A stretch of 32,000 nt of DNA from Candidatus Micrarchaeota archaeon (GTDB taxonomy: Archaea > Micrarchaeota > Micrarchaeia > Anstonellales > Bilamarchaeaceae). The stretch lies in NCBI GenBank assembly GCA_043816005.1, contig JBDRIM010000073.1, positions 1 to 32,000 on the forward strand, read 5' to 3'. Positions 17,503 through 27,562 of this stretch are shown in pieces (the stretch's first letter is position 1; each line of letters starts with the position of its first letter). A model generated the notes under the pieces. The model saw nothing but the letters and a program-made list of their open reading frames with translations, was not told where the DNA came from and searched no databases. The position numbers and the translations under genes were made by a program.

Positions 17503-18141
17503 ATGGAATTTGTAAATAAGAAAATTACAATTCCAATTTCTTCAAAAAAGTTTGAAGGTGTAATGACAATACCTTCAAAATCAAAAGCAATCATTGTATT
17601 CGTTCATGGTGGTGGGGGCGCAGTAAAAAGTCCAAGGAATAATGCAATTGCAAGAGTTCTAAATAAAAATAATTTTGGCACTTTACTTTTCGAATTACTC
17701 ACAGATAAAGAGGACCTATCCAATAAAAATAATCTCAACATAGATCTTCTCTCAACAAGATTATTGGCAGCAACAAAATGGTTGATAAAACAACCTATGG
17801 CACAAGGGTTGAAAATAGGTTATTTCTCGGTTAGTAGTGGTACTGCAGCAGCAATACGCGCATCTTCTAAATTACGCAAAATTTTTGCTATAGTATCAAA
17901 AAGTGGCAGACCTGATCTTTCTATGTCATATCTTAGTATAGTTAAAGCACCAATTTTATTTATCGTTGGTGAGGATGATGAGGTAATTACTACTTTGAAT
18001 GAACAGGCATTTATCAACTTGTCTGGCGAAAAAAGTATGGTGATAATTCCAAATGCTGGGCATTTTTTTGATGAACCTGGTACTTCGAAAGAAGTAGCAA
18101 AGTTTACTTTGAACTGGTTCAAAAAATATTCAAGAAAATAA
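17503..18141 (+). CDS. Alpha/beta hydrolase
   Basis: VFVHGGGG oxyanion region, YFSVSSGTAAA nucleophile-elbow-like, PILFIVGEDDE, NAGHFF His motif. Confidence 0.75.
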   Translation: MEFVNKKITIPISSKKFEGVMTIPSKSKAIIVFVHGGGGAVKSPRNNAIARVLNKNNFGTLLFELLTDKEDLSNKNNLNIDLLSTRLLAATKWLIKQPMAQGLKIGYFSVSSGTAAAIRASSKLRKIFAIVSKSGRPDLSMSYLSIVKAPILFIVGEDDEVITTLNEQAFINLSGEKSMVIIPNAGHFFDEPGTSKEVAKFTLNWFKKYSRK

Positions 18142-18861
18142 TCCTGCAAGAATAAATGCTATGGCTGCACCAGCTAAAAATACAAGAGATCCAACTCCTC
18201 GTTGTTTTTCTTTAAATACATCTGGCATTATCTCTACGAAGACAACATACATCATTGCACCAGCTGAAAATGCAAGTGCAAATGGTACTAGTGCAATAAT
18301 TTTGGTTAAAAATACATACCCAATTATAGCTGCAAAACCTTCGACAATCCCAGATAAAATTCCAAAACCAACTGCTTTTTTCTTTTCTAAACCATAACAG
18401 ATAAGTGGTGCGGATATCAGTGCACCTTCTGGAGCATCTTGTATTGCCATAGATAAAGCAGTAAACCAACCAAGAGGGGTGGAACCAGCAAATGCTGCTG
18501 CTATGGCAAATCCTTCAGGTATATTATGAATCGCAATCGTACCAACAATCAATGCTGTTTTTTTCTTTGATGTTGGCAGCTCTGTTTTTTTTATGTGATG
18601 GTGAACATGAGGCAATGTTTTTTCGAAGATAAATATGAATAACAATCCAATTACAAATCCAAATAACACATCTATATATCCAATTATTTGCTGGGCTTGA
18701 TTAATCATTTCTACAGCCGTGAAAGCCATCACACCAGCTGAAAATGCAAGTAATAATGTATATCTAATTTTGCATAGATCACTAATGAAAACAGTACTGA
18801 TTGCACCTATTCCTGTTGCAATTGTAACTAATATTGCCCCTCCGAGGAGATCTATGAACAT
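18130..18861 (-). CDS. ZIP-family divalent metal transporter
   Basis: HNIPEGFA and QDAPEG motifs in TM segments; His-rich loop HVHHHIKK. Confidence 0.88.
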   Translation of the reverse strand: MFIDLLGGAILVTIATGIGAISTVFISDLCKIRYTLLLAFSAGVMAFTAVEMINQAQQIIGYIDVLFGFVIGLLFIFIFEKTLPHVHHHIKKTELPTSKKKTALIVGTIAIHNIPEGFAIAAAFAGSTPLGWFTALSMAIQDAPEGALISAPLICYGLEKKKAVGFGILSGIVEGFAAIIGYVFLTKIIALVPFALAFSAGAMMYVVFVEIMPDVFKEKQRGVGSLVFLAGAAIAFILAGLFS

Positions 18862-19742
18862 TACTTCAACTCTGTTTTCAATATCGCGACAAGTTCCTTA
18901 CCTATCCTTATTTGTGCTTCTTTGGTGCTTGCACCAAGGTGTGGGGTAAAACAAACATTTTCAAGTTCAAGTAGTTTTCCAGTATATGGTTCTGTTTTGT
19001 AGACATCAAGAGCAGCACCAGCTATTTTTCCACTTTTACATCCGTCATAAAGTGCATCTTCATCTACTATTTCGCCTCTTGAGGTATTGATAATGTACAC
19101 ACCTTCTTTCATTTTTGCAATATTTTCTTTGTTAATCATATCTTTTGTTTCATTTGTTGCAGGAACATGAAGCGAGATTATGTCTGCTTTGGCAAAAAAC
19201 TCATCTAGATCATTTACATACAAATTTTCAACAGGCGGTCTTGGTGGTGGGCTGTATGCAATCACATGCATACCTAGTGCATTAGCCCTTGTACCTAGTA
19301 AGGAACCTATTCTTCCATAACCAACAATTCCAAGTGTTTTTCCTGCAATTTCAGTACCAGTCAAGTTTTTCTTATCCCAATTGCCTTCTTTCATCTGATG
19401 ATGTGCTTTCTGCACATTCCTTAGCATTGCTAGCATAAGTCCAAGTACTAATTCTACAACTGCATTGCTTGATGCGCCTGGGGTATTCAAAACCTTAATT
19501 TTTCTTTCCATACATGCATTTTGATCAACATTATCAAGTCCAACCCCTGCTCTAACAACTATCTTCAGTTTTTTTGCACAATCTAACAGTTCTTTTGTTA
19601 CCTTCGTAGCACTACGTACTATCAAAACATCGGTATCTACTATGGCTTTTTTTATGTCAAATGGCTTAAATTCGACCTCACCAAGTTTTCTTATTTCTTC
19701 CACCACTTCTTCTTCCATCTGGTCAGCAATAACAATTCGCAT
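18861..19742 (-). CDS. serA: D-3-phosphoglycerate dehydrogenase-like 2-hydroxyacid dehydrogenase without ACT domain
   Basis: VRSATKVTKELLD, GIVGYGRIGSLLG, ADIISLHVPATNETK, NTSRGEIVDEDAL, LTPHLGAST. Confidence 0.82.
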   Translation of the reverse strand: MRIVIADQMEEEVVEEIRKLGEVEFKPFDIKKAIVDTDVLIVRSATKVTKELLDCAKKLKIVVRAGVGLDNVDQNACMERKIKVLNTPGASSNAVVELVLGLMLAMLRNVQKAHHQMKEGNWDKKNLTGTEIAGKTLGIVGYGRIGSLLGTRANALGMHVIAYSPPPRPPVENLYVNDLDEFFAKADIISLHVPATNETKDMINKENIAKMKEGVYIINTSRGEIVDEDALYDGCKSGKIAGAALDVYKTEPYTGKLLELENVCFTPHLGASTKEAQIRIGKELVAILKTELK

Positions 19743-19831
19743 AATAGTCTATTGTAAAACATGAATTTATTAGTTTGTTTTCCATTAAGTTTATACTGCG
19801 TATGGGCACAGTTTGTAACAAAAACGTGGGT

Positions 19832-19878
19832 TTTTTTACATAAAATCCAATCATAATGTAATATTTTTTACATAAAAT
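19832..19878. promoter_or_regulatory. Two direct repeats in the divergent intergenic region
   Basis: TTTTTTACATAAAAT at 19832-19846 and 19864-19878, 32 bp start to start. Confidence 0.5.
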
Positions 19879-19936
19879 TCTCCGATATATATTAATATAT
19901 CCTTATTTATATAATTAATTGGTGGAGGGGACAGTT

Positions 19937-20212
19937 ATGTTTGTCAAAAATCGAAAACACAGAATAAAAGCTAAAAAAATTATGGGACTTGCGTCCTCGC
20001 TTGATGACTCAATAAGCGTTTTGAATAGTATAATCGAATTGCGTTCTTTGCTAGGTACAGAAAGTATAGAACTAACAATACCAGAAAAGCTGCATATTGT
20101 AAAATCAATGGCCAGAGCAAAGGTACGCGCATTCAAATCTGGGCACACTGATAATTATAAAACATTCAAAGAGATTGATCTGATCGGCACTGATTTGGTT
20201 AATCTATTGTAG
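19937..20212 (+). CDS. Conserved basic/helical hypothetical protein
   Basis: Best start is ATG at 19937 (MFVKNRKHRIKAKK...), since GTGGAGGGG just upstream looks like the RBS; the ORF track extends to TTG at 19919. Confidence 0.65.
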   Translation: MFVKNRKHRIKAKKIMGLASSLDDSISVLNSIIELRSLLGTESIELTIPEKLHIVKSMARAKVRAFKSGHTDNYKTFKEIDLIGTDLVNLL

Positions 20213-20222
20213 GTGATAAATT

Positions 20223-20627
20223 ATGAAATCCGTAACTGTAGTTTCAGATGATAAGGTTGGTTTGTTAGCTGATATCTCTTATATTCTTGGCAAATCCAAT
20301 GTGAATATTGATGGATTATTTGTTGATGTAATCGGTGGGAAGGCCGTGATATCTATCGAAGTAAAAGATCCTAAAAAAGCATCAGAGATCCTCTCATTAA
20401 ATGGTTTTAGTCTTACTGCTCCAGACGCAATTGTTGTAAAAGTCTCAAACAACTCTATGGAAAAATTAACTGAAATGCTAGAAGTGGAAGATATTACAGT
20501 AACTGGGCTTTCTATGCTTTCATCCGATCGATCTGATGGGGTATTTGCTATTAATGTTGATAAACCAAGGAAAGCTCACAGAATGCTCAGTCCTTTTTTA
20601 TTGGGCAATACGGATGAACTTTATTAA
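20223..20627 (+). CDS. ACT-domain protein
   Basis: TVVSDDKVGLLADISYILGKSNVNIDG is an ACT core; a second half resembles another ACT domain. Confidence 0.8.
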   Translation: MKSVTVVSDDKVGLLADISYILGKSNVNIDGLFVDVIGGKAVISIEVKDPKKASEILSLNGFSLTAPDAIVVKVSNNSMEKLTEMLEVEDITVTGLSMLSSDRSDGVFAINVDKPRKAHRMLSPFLLGNTDELY

Positions 20628-21712
20628 GTGGTAATAAGGTCCATTTTTCCTTTTTGTTTTGCTTCTTTAATTTCCATAGCTATTCGTCTACCAAAACTTA
20701 TGCTTTCGCGGTGTAGATACTCAGAATACGGTGTAAACCTTGTTCCTGGCGAACCTGGCATTCTTAGTGAAACATCAAAACAAATGAATTTCTCTCCGTC
20801 TTCCTCAACAAACGCTCCCTGAAGAGCAAACGGACCTATCAATCCATTTTTGTACTCCTTTTGGACACCATGAACAAACCGTTCCCCAATCTCATATACC
20901 TGTTCTAAAAGGGATTCACGCAAAGTACAGGCAATATGTCCGACCTCAATTGTTGATGGCTGGCGCATTTTCAAAAGATCAAGCTGTGCATCGGCAGGCA
21001 TTCTAAGATAACCATCTAAATTTGTTTGCCTTCTTGTATCAACACCTAAAAGTTCGAGTTCTTCATAAATCGGTGAATAGAAAAAATTCAAATTGAATTG
21101 TGCACCTACTATATACTCTTCAATTTTTGCCGCTTTCAGTTGTTCTCTAGTTGTTTTACCACTCTTGATCAGTGCTTCGCTTCGTTCAACATATTCGTCA
21201 TAGTTACTAGCAAGAAAGAAAGCCCGTTCATAAGTTCTCTTTGCTTCGCTTACTTTGACAATGGATAGTTTGTTGATATCTTTTGGTGAGTTAAACTGCG
21301 TAGGTGTTCGTACGCCTGATTTTTCCATTAAGTGATACTGATTTTTTGGCGCATCTCTTTCTTCTGCTCTAAGTAAATATTTATTACCAAAAACAGGTAT
21401 GTCAAATTCTTTCTCTATCCCATCATACCCAACATAAACTGCAAATGACCTATTCGGGACAAAAATACAATTTCTTTTTTTCATAAACTCCAAGTTTGCA
21501 GGTTTTAGTATATCCTTGAATTTATCCAGAAGAAGAAGTTCATCAACTACTCCTATTTCTTTTTTTCCATGCTTTCTTGTTTTATATGGTCCGAGATATG
21601 TTTTTTCACGTCCTTTTTGTGCAACAACTAAGGTTTTGAATCCTTCTTTTTTTGCGCCTTCAGAAACATCCAATGCTGAATGGCTTCCTAATGTAGAAAT
21701 AGTAAAATCCAT
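20624..21712 (-). CDS. purP: 5-formaminoimidazole-4-carboxamide ribonucleotide synthetase PurP
   Basis: TLGSHSALDVSEGAKKEGF, LFLASNYDEY-like region, VPGSPGTRFTPYSEYLH; 362 aa. Confidence 0.93.
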   Translation of the reverse strand: MDFTISTLGSHSALDVSEGAKKEGFKTLVVAQKGREKTYLGPYKTRKHGKKEIGVVDELLLLDKFKDILKPANLEFMKKRNCIFVPNRSFAVYVGYDGIEKEFDIPVFGNKYLLRAEERDAPKNQYHLMEKSGVRTPTQFNSPKDINKLSIVKVSEAKRTYERAFFLASNYDEYVERSEALIKSGKTTREQLKAAKIEEYIVGAQFNLNFFYSPIYEELELLGVDTRRQTNLDGYLRMPADAQLDLLKMRQPSTIEVGHIACTLRESLLEQVYEIGERFVHGVQKEYKNGLIGPFALQGAFVEEDGEKFICFDVSLRMPGSPGTRFTPYSEYLHRESISFGRRIAMEIKEAKQKGKMDLITT

Positions 21713-21833
21713 ATTAGTATTTTGCCGGTTTTGTTTTTATTGCTTGCTACTTCCAAACTCAATAGTCCTGGCATATAAGCCAGTTTGCTTTCTTCTACGC
21801 ATATTTATATAGATTATCCGAGAGATAAATTTC

Positions 21834-22649
21834 ATGAGAAAAGTGCTTTTCCTTCTATTGTTAATACCACTTCTTTATGCAGAATTTGCAATCGAGAGGG
21901 TGGATGTTACTATTAGTGATATTCAGAGCGATGGAAGTGCCAAAGTACATGAAAGCATAAAATTCATCATATATACTGATTACTCCAATTCTGTTTATGA
22001 TAGTGGCATTGCAAGTGATCAGCTCTCGTTTTGGTCCGCAAATATTGGTCTTAAGGATGTAAAGTTCCATGTCAACCCGTCTGTAGGTGATATTAGAGAT
22101 CTTCGTGTAAGTCCACAGCCACGTACACAATGCAACCCAATACAAAAAACATGTCACGGAGAATTGATTCTTGATTATCTTGCATATCCATCGGCAAGTT
22201 CAAACCAAACAATATTATATACGGGGTTGTTTACTGTTGATAAATACAAACCAAGAACAACTAGGTATACAATAAATCCTACTGCACTTTCATTCACTAC
22301 TACTCCGGAAGAAAACATAATCCTTGATAAAAATGTTTATTTATCCATAAACATGCCACGTGATAGTATGATATTCGATACAAATCCCCAACCAACCAAT
22401 TCAGCAATTTCTCTTCCATCATCTGTTGAAACACTTTCTTGGACTGATATAGTTCTAGTGAAATTTTCACTTATTTTTGATGTTGAGGATAGTATAGATA
22501 AGGAAGTTTCAGATTTTTTTGGCAATATACTACGCGGTCTCATCGATACTGTCAAAAGCCCCCATGGCGGTGCTTTGATAATTCTACTTGTGATCCTAGT
22601 CGGATCATACACTTACATAGTAATGTCCAAGAGGAGGAACGATGAATAA
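21834..22649 (+). CDS. Secreted/membrane-anchored protein of unknown function
   Basis: Signal peptide MRKVLFLLLLIPLLYA; C-terminal TM GGALIILLVILVGSYTYIVM. Confidence 0.75.
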   Translation: MRKVLFLLLLIPLLYAEFAIERVDVTISDIQSDGSAKVHESIKFIIYTDYSNSVYDSGIASDQLSFWSANIGLKDVKFHVNPSVGDIRDLRVSPQPRTQCNPIQKTCHGELILDYLAYPSASSNQTILYTGLFTVDKYKPRTTRYTINPTALSFTTTPEENIILDKNVYLSINMPRDSMIFDTNPQPTNSAISLPSSVETLSWTDIVLVKFSLIFDVEDSIDKEVSDFFGNILRGLIDTVKSPHGGALIILLVILVGSYTYIVMSKRRNDE

Positions 22650-24007
22650 TGTACAAAGGCTCGGATATTATTCTAGACTTACTAACTAAAAAGAAGATGA
22701 CTCTAGAGGAACTTGCAAAAGTTTCATCATTAAATGAAGATAGTATTAGGAGGATTATAGAATCTCTCAAAGCAGAAGGTTATGTTACGGTTGAGATTAA
22801 AGAAACACCAACAGGGTCGCCAACAGAAGAACTTTTGGAATATTGTAAAAATGAATTTCCTGAAGTTTCAGTTTTTCGAAAGTCATTATCTAGAGCAACG
22901 ATTTCCTCTCTTTCACCAATAGAAAAATCAATAGGTATACGGTGGGCTAAGGTAAAGGGGTTTGTAACTATCGAAGATGGGAAATTAACCCCTATAAAAT
23001 CTCCCGAAGAAGTTGACAAGATTACAAAAAAACTTGTTAGCTCTGTTGATTCTTTATTATCTAATAACAATACATCTGAGCCAGAATTGATGGAAGAACT
23101 TTTTGAACGTCATCTTCTGGTTAAAAAAATTACAAAGCAAATCTCTGTATCATATACTGGTAAAACAATTGACCAAACGAAATTTTCAGAAACGTTTGAT
23201 CCGAATATTCCCGGACCTAATGCATCTGTTGGGAAAAATCATCCAATCACAATAATTACTAAGAAAATCAAAACTATTATGACTGAGTTGGGTTTTGAAG
23301 AGATGGAAGGGGATTTAGTTGAGAGTTCCTTTTGGAACTTTGATGCGCTTTTTCAACCTCAAGACCACCCAGCAAGAGAGCTTGCAGATACGTTTTATAT
23401 TAATGGTGAGATGCCACTTCCATCTGATAAAAAGCTTGTTGAAAGAGTAAAAAAAGCACATGAAGAAGGTTGGAAGTATAACTGGGATCCAAAAGAAGCA
23501 TCGAAGGCAGTGTTGCGTACTCATACAACTTGTTTATCAGCACGTTATCTTGCTGCACTCAAAGACAAGAAACCAAAAAAATACTTTTCTATCGGTCGTG
23601 TTTTTAGGAACGAGGCAACTGATTACAAACATCTGGCTGAATTTCATCAAGTAGAGGGCATTATCGCGTGGGAAAATGCAACATTTACCGATCTCCTCGG
23701 GTTTCTTAAGGAATTTTATCGGAAACTTGGTTTTGAGAATATTCGTTTCAGACCAAGTTTTTTTCCATATACTGAACCTAGCCTTGAGATAGAGGTTTAT
23801 TTTGAAAAGAAAAAACAATGGTTAGAATTGGGTGGTGCAGGGATATTTAGGCCAGAAGTTAGTATTCCTTTAGCGGGAGTATACCCTGTTCTTGCATGGG
23901 GTCTTAGTTTGGAGCGGCCGCTTATGCTTTTACTTGAACTCGAAGATATCAGGACATTCTATAAGAATGATGTTGATTTCCTCACATCATCAAGGTTAGA
24001 TATATGA
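22649..24007 (+). CDS. pheS: Phenylalanine--tRNA ligase alpha subunit
   Basis: N-terminal winged helix; HPITIITKKIKTIM, HTTCLSARYLA, GRVFRNEATDYKHLAEFHQVEG, GLSLERPLML. Confidence 0.96.
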   Translation: MYKGSDIILDLLTKKKMTLEELAKVSSLNEDSIRRIIESLKAEGYVTVEIKETPTGSPTEELLEYCKNEFPEVSVFRKSLSRATISSLSPIEKSIGIRWAKVKGFVTIEDGKLTPIKSPEEVDKITKKLVSSVDSLLSNNNTSEPELMEELFERHLLVKKITKQISVSYTGKTIDQTKFSETFDPNIPGPNASVGKNHPITIITKKIKTIMTELGFEEMEGDLVESSFWNFDALFQPQDHPARELADTFYINGEMPLPSDKKLVERVKKAHEEGWKYNWDPKEASKAVLRTHTTCLSARYLAALKDKKPKKYFSIGRVFRNEATDYKHLAEFHQVEGIIAWENATFTDLLGFLKEFYRKLGFENIRFRPSFFPYTEPSLEIEVYFEKKKQWLELGGAGIFRPEVSIPLAGVYPVLAWGLSLERPLMLLLELEDIRTFYKNDVDFLTSSRLDI

Positions 24008-25911
24008 AAATTATGAATGTTATTATCGGCATCATCGCAATTCTCATTCTTATACTTGGTGGAATAATAGTTATACTGCTTCTTTCTGGTCAATCATTAC
24101 AACCAAACACATTGCCACAATCCTCATTTACAATACTTGAAACTGGAACTGCAGGTGATTATGGCTATGCAGTTTACAATTATCGTGGTAATGGAAATTT
24201 GACAATTTTAAGCTATAATTCACAACCAAAACGCAATATTACAATTATAAACGATAGTCAAGCCATACAATCCTCACGGCTTCCAGAACTGGTCTCACAA
24301 CTTAAAACACTTGAAAAGTATGGTTATGAAATTACTGTGTCCAACGAGCCAAAAATAGGAACTGGTATTACCATTATTCCAAGTGGCGCACTCCCATCTT
24401 ATGCATTATTTAATCTACAACAACCAACTTCTCAAGGAACAATTGTGTATATTGGCGCCAAAAATTTGATCTTAAGTACTGGAATAAAAGAAGTTGAATG
24501 GTTTAATATGCTGTCAACTGAACAGCAACAAAGGATTATCATCTACGATGGTACTCTCGATGAAATTCTTGAGACTCAAATTTCATTTGCTGATGAGGTA
24601 CTTTATAACAAATGGATGTTACAATCAAATGACAGTGTTGTGCTTTCTAGCAGCGGCGCAAAGAGTTCAACAATTCCCATGGGACCTACTGGGTATCTTC
24701 GACTCGTTTATGATTTTGATGATCTCCACGGTATTTATGATTCTCCATATTTGAAAAAATCACCACAAATTCTTGTTCTTTCTCCACAATCAATTTATCC
24801 ATGGGAGAAATCATCTCTTCAATTTGAACTAAACAAGACTGAAGGTGCTGCAGTTTTAATTGTTAAGAGGAATGGTGATATAATCCAATCAGAAGAATTG
24901 CGTACTGTGACCGATCAAAACGTATTCATAAAAAAATTAGAGTACGATAATCCTGGAGAATATACTATTTTTGTTGATGATGATTCAGGAAATTTGGCTA
25001 GTGGACTTCTTCATATTAAGGACATGCAAGTTTCATTACTTCAAAAGCGTGGCGTATCCTATGTATTTTTGGTAACTGTTGATGACAAGCCACTTACTAA
25101 TACGGAAACTACTATTTGGCTTGGAAATTCGTCAATAACAAAAAAATACTATGTGACAAACGGAGAGGTTGTAGTTAATGCCAATCTAAATCAGGGTGAA
25201 AATATTTTTAATTTTGAAATCAATGGCCGTACTATGCAAGTTGTTGTTAATAACAAACAAGAAAACCTATTTGATTTCTATACTAAATATGGTCTTCTTG
25301 CGTTTATTATAATCATCGTAGTCTATTTTGGAGCAAGAATGACAAGGCGCCCGACATACAGACTTCGTTTTGGTGATAGTTCAACATACATTCGTCAAGA
25401 AATAAAATTGCCTCTTGATCGTGCACTCGAGTGTTTTAAAAAAATACGGCATGATATGCATCTTGGTATGTCCCCCATTACTACTCATGAATTTACTGTT
25501 TCTTTAAAACGTTACCTCACTAACGGTGCAGACATTACCGAGGGTAATGTCGAAGAAATATTAGATAAATTAGTTAAATCTAATTATCTTAAGACCCATC
25601 GCGATTATTATCAGCTTGAAGGGGAAGGGGATGTTAAGCGCAATGTGTTACGTAGGATCATTAGAGAGAAACTTATCGAAAGCGGCACTGTTTTCAAAGA
25701 ACATGGAGGTAAATTCGTTCTTAAAGATCGTGAAATTGGTTTCTTTGGAGAACGTTTTTCAAAAAAAGCAATTATTATTGTTGATGATGAGTCGGAGATA
25801 AAACAGATATTATCTTCACTTAAAGAACGTGATCGTGCAAGCATAAAAATCGCACAAACAAATGATATTCTGTCTTTTGTTACTATAGACAAACTAAGCG
25901 GGTTATTATGA
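24004..25911 (+). CDS. Two-TM membrane protein with cytoplasmic winged-helix-like tail
   Basis: N-terminal TM, large extracytoplasmic domain, TM near YGLLAFIIIIVVYFGARM, cytoplasmic region of about 200 aa. Confidence 0.75.
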   Translation: MKIMNVIIGIIAILILILGGIIVILLLSGQSLQPNTLPQSSFTILETGTAGDYGYAVYNYRGNGNLTILSYNSQPKRNITIINDSQAIQSSRLPELVSQLKTLEKYGYEITVSNEPKIGTGITIIPSGALPSYALFNLQQPTSQGTIVYIGAKNLILSTGIKEVEWFNMLSTEQQQRIIIYDGTLDEILETQISFADEVLYNKWMLQSNDSVVLSSSGAKSSTIPMGPTGYLRLVYDFDDLHGIYDSPYLKKSPQILVLSPQSIYPWEKSSLQFELNKTEGAAVLIVKRNGDIIQSEELRTVTDQNVFIKKLEYDNPGEYTIFVDDDSGNLASGLLHIKDMQVSLLQKRGVSYVFLVTVDDKPLTNTETTIWLGNSSITKKYYVTNGEVVVNANLNQGENIFNFEINGRTMQVVVNNKQENLFDFYTKYGLLAFIIIIVVYFGARMTRRPTYRLRFGDSSTYIRQEIKLPLDRALECFKKIRHDMHLGMSPITTHEFTVSLKRYLTNGADITEGNVEEILDKLVKSNYLKTHRDYYQLEGEGDVKRNVLRRIIREKLIESGTVFKEHGGKFVLKDREIGFFGERFSKKAIIIVDDESEIKQILSSLKERDRASIKIAQTNDILSFVTIDKLSGLL

Positions 25912-27149
25912 GGGCAGTTTTTTTTCTCTTACTTCTTCCTCTTGTTTTTTCACAATCACCACCAATTACCGAAGTTGAAGGACACAATTTGGCGATGGCT
26001 GATTTTTTGGAAAACAATTTCAACAGTTCTGTCTCAGAAACAGGCTCAGTAAGTGTGTCTCTTGGCTCTTATTCCCAACAATTCAGTCTTTTTACGAGTA
26101 TTGATATCGCAGGTATGTCACTGGTAATTGAAAACCTAACATATCCCAGTGAAAGTCTTTCTGTTCTTGTTGCTAGAGGGTATCATATTGATCATCTTGT
26201 TTCTTTATCTGGTAATGAAAGCAACATTGTATGTAATTCAAGTTATCACCCAACATCATATTGTGATTTTGATGGTGATGGGTGCCCTGAATTTGAAACA
26301 AATTCTTCCGTAGTTTATCAAATGTACCTAACGTTTTCATTTCGGAATATTTCGTCGACAATTCCGTTTTCTTCGACTATTGTTCCAGTACCCAAGGAAA
26401 TTCTATCTGAAATGTCATCCTCTTCTGGTCTTGATCAACTCAATATAAGCATCACAGGTGATACATTTGTTTTATATCAGATAAACAATCAACAATTTGA
26501 CAGTCAGTGTACGGATAATATATTAAATATTTCAACCACCATCCCAATTTCGACCAATCGTTTATTTGCGGTAGCAGGCAAAAACAAACTATTCTTCCTA
26601 AGTTCTCCTATTCTTAGCGAACAGCTCGCAAGCAATAATCATTTTGATGTTATCGTACTATCTCAGAGTCCATTATATTATGGTGAAATCGATTTTGATG
26701 GTAATCAATCAAAGAATTTTACGTTCAAAAATTTTTCAATAATTAGTGGCCGTTACGGTATTGAGGAAATAATTTCAAATAAGACTGAAATCTTAAATTT
26801 TGCAGAATATGGTCCAAATTTAACGACGCCAACCCTCTTAGAAAAGGAAAATCATTCTTTTGCTTATGTATACGCGTTCAATTCAACTTACAAGGCCATT
26901 GGTGAACACAATCTTTCTCTTTTGGTTGTAGATGTTTTCCTTGGTACTGAAAAACATACCGAAACAATAACAAGTCGTATGCTCTCTTATGGCGGTATAT
27001 GGGCTGAAAATGGTTCTATTATTTCACCTGAAACAACACGGCCAAGTATGAGCCCGACTCAAAACAATTTGAATCCAGTCACTATTAGTCTTGGTCTTGT
27101 GGTATTGGCAGTTCTCCTTGCCTTTGTAAATTTTTGGATTAAAAAATAG
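25908..27149 (+). CDS. Secreted membrane-anchored protein of unknown function
   Basis: Signal peptide MRAVFFLLLLPLVFSQS; C-terminal TM VTISLGLVVLAVLLAFVNFWIKK. Confidence 0.75.
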   Translation: MRAVFFLLLLPLVFSQSPPITEVEGHNLAMADFLENNFNSSVSETGSVSVSLGSYSQQFSLFTSIDIAGMSLVIENLTYPSESLSVLVARGYHIDHLVSLSGNESNIVCNSSYHPTSYCDFDGDGCPEFETNSSVVYQMYLTFSFRNISSTIPFSSTIVPVPKEILSEMSSSSGLDQLNISITGDTFVLYQINNQQFDSQCTDNILNISTTIPISTNRLFAVAGKNKLFFLSSPILSEQLASNNHFDVIVLSQSPLYYGEIDFDGNQSKNFTFKNFSIISGRYGIEEIISNKTEILNFAEYGPNLTTPTLLEKENHSFAYVYAFNSTYKAIGEHNLSLLVVDVFLGTEKHTETITSRMLSYGGIWAENGSIISPETTRPSMSPTQNNLNPVTISLGLVVLAVLLAFVNFWIKK

Positions 27150-27206
27150 TCAGTCGCTTGGTCCACTTTTTGTTCCTTCAACTTTCATTTCGCGTTCTTC
27201 TTCTGT

Positions 27207-27428
27207 TTATTTGATAGAAGAAAGTTTTTCGGCAGTAGCAAATGTTCGTTTTACACTTATTATTCTAACATTACATTGTTCGCCTTTTGTTGCTCCTTTG
27301 ACAAAAATAACAAAACCATCAATCTTTGCTATACCATCACCTTGGCCTCCCTGGCTCTCTATTTTAACGACTATTTTATCACCCTCAGAAACGGGTTTCG
27401 GTATGCCAAATTTACTATTTTCTTCCAT
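27207..27428 (-). CDS. TRAM-domain protein
   Basis: VSEGDKIVVKIESQGGQGDGIAKIDGFVIFVKGATKGEQCNVRI is a canonical TRAM core; ATG at 27428 preferred (GTGAGG upstream). Confidence 0.85.
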   Translation of the reverse strand: MEENSKFGIPKPVSEGDKIVVKIESQGGQGDGIAKIDGFVIFVKGATKGEQCNVRIISVKRTFATAEKLSSIK

Positions 27429-27433
27429 ATTCC

Positions 27434-27514
27434 TCACTTTTCTAATGGTCCTCTAGAAACTACTATGCTTTCTATCTCATGAGCAGTAGTTAACGATAAT
27501 TCGTGTTCTTCCAT
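27434..27514 (-). CDS. Possible small ORF/leader, 26 aa, immediately upstream of the TRAM gene
   Basis: MEEHELSLTTAHEIESIVVSRGPLEK*; no conservation evidence available. Confidence 0.25.
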   Translation of the reverse strand: MEEHELSLTTAHEIESIVVSRGPLEK

Positions 27515-27562
27515 AGATAAGTTTCCAATCTTATAATTAAAAACCTATTTTTTCTCTCAAAA

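Noticed and set aside
18130-18141. 12-bp overlap of convergent hydrolase and ZIP transporter genes
   Set aside because: Convergent tail overlaps are common in compact genomes; not unusual by itself.
24004-25911. Possible two-component sensor or defence effector
   Set aside because: No histidine kinase, receiver, nuclease or NTPase motif is visible in the translation.
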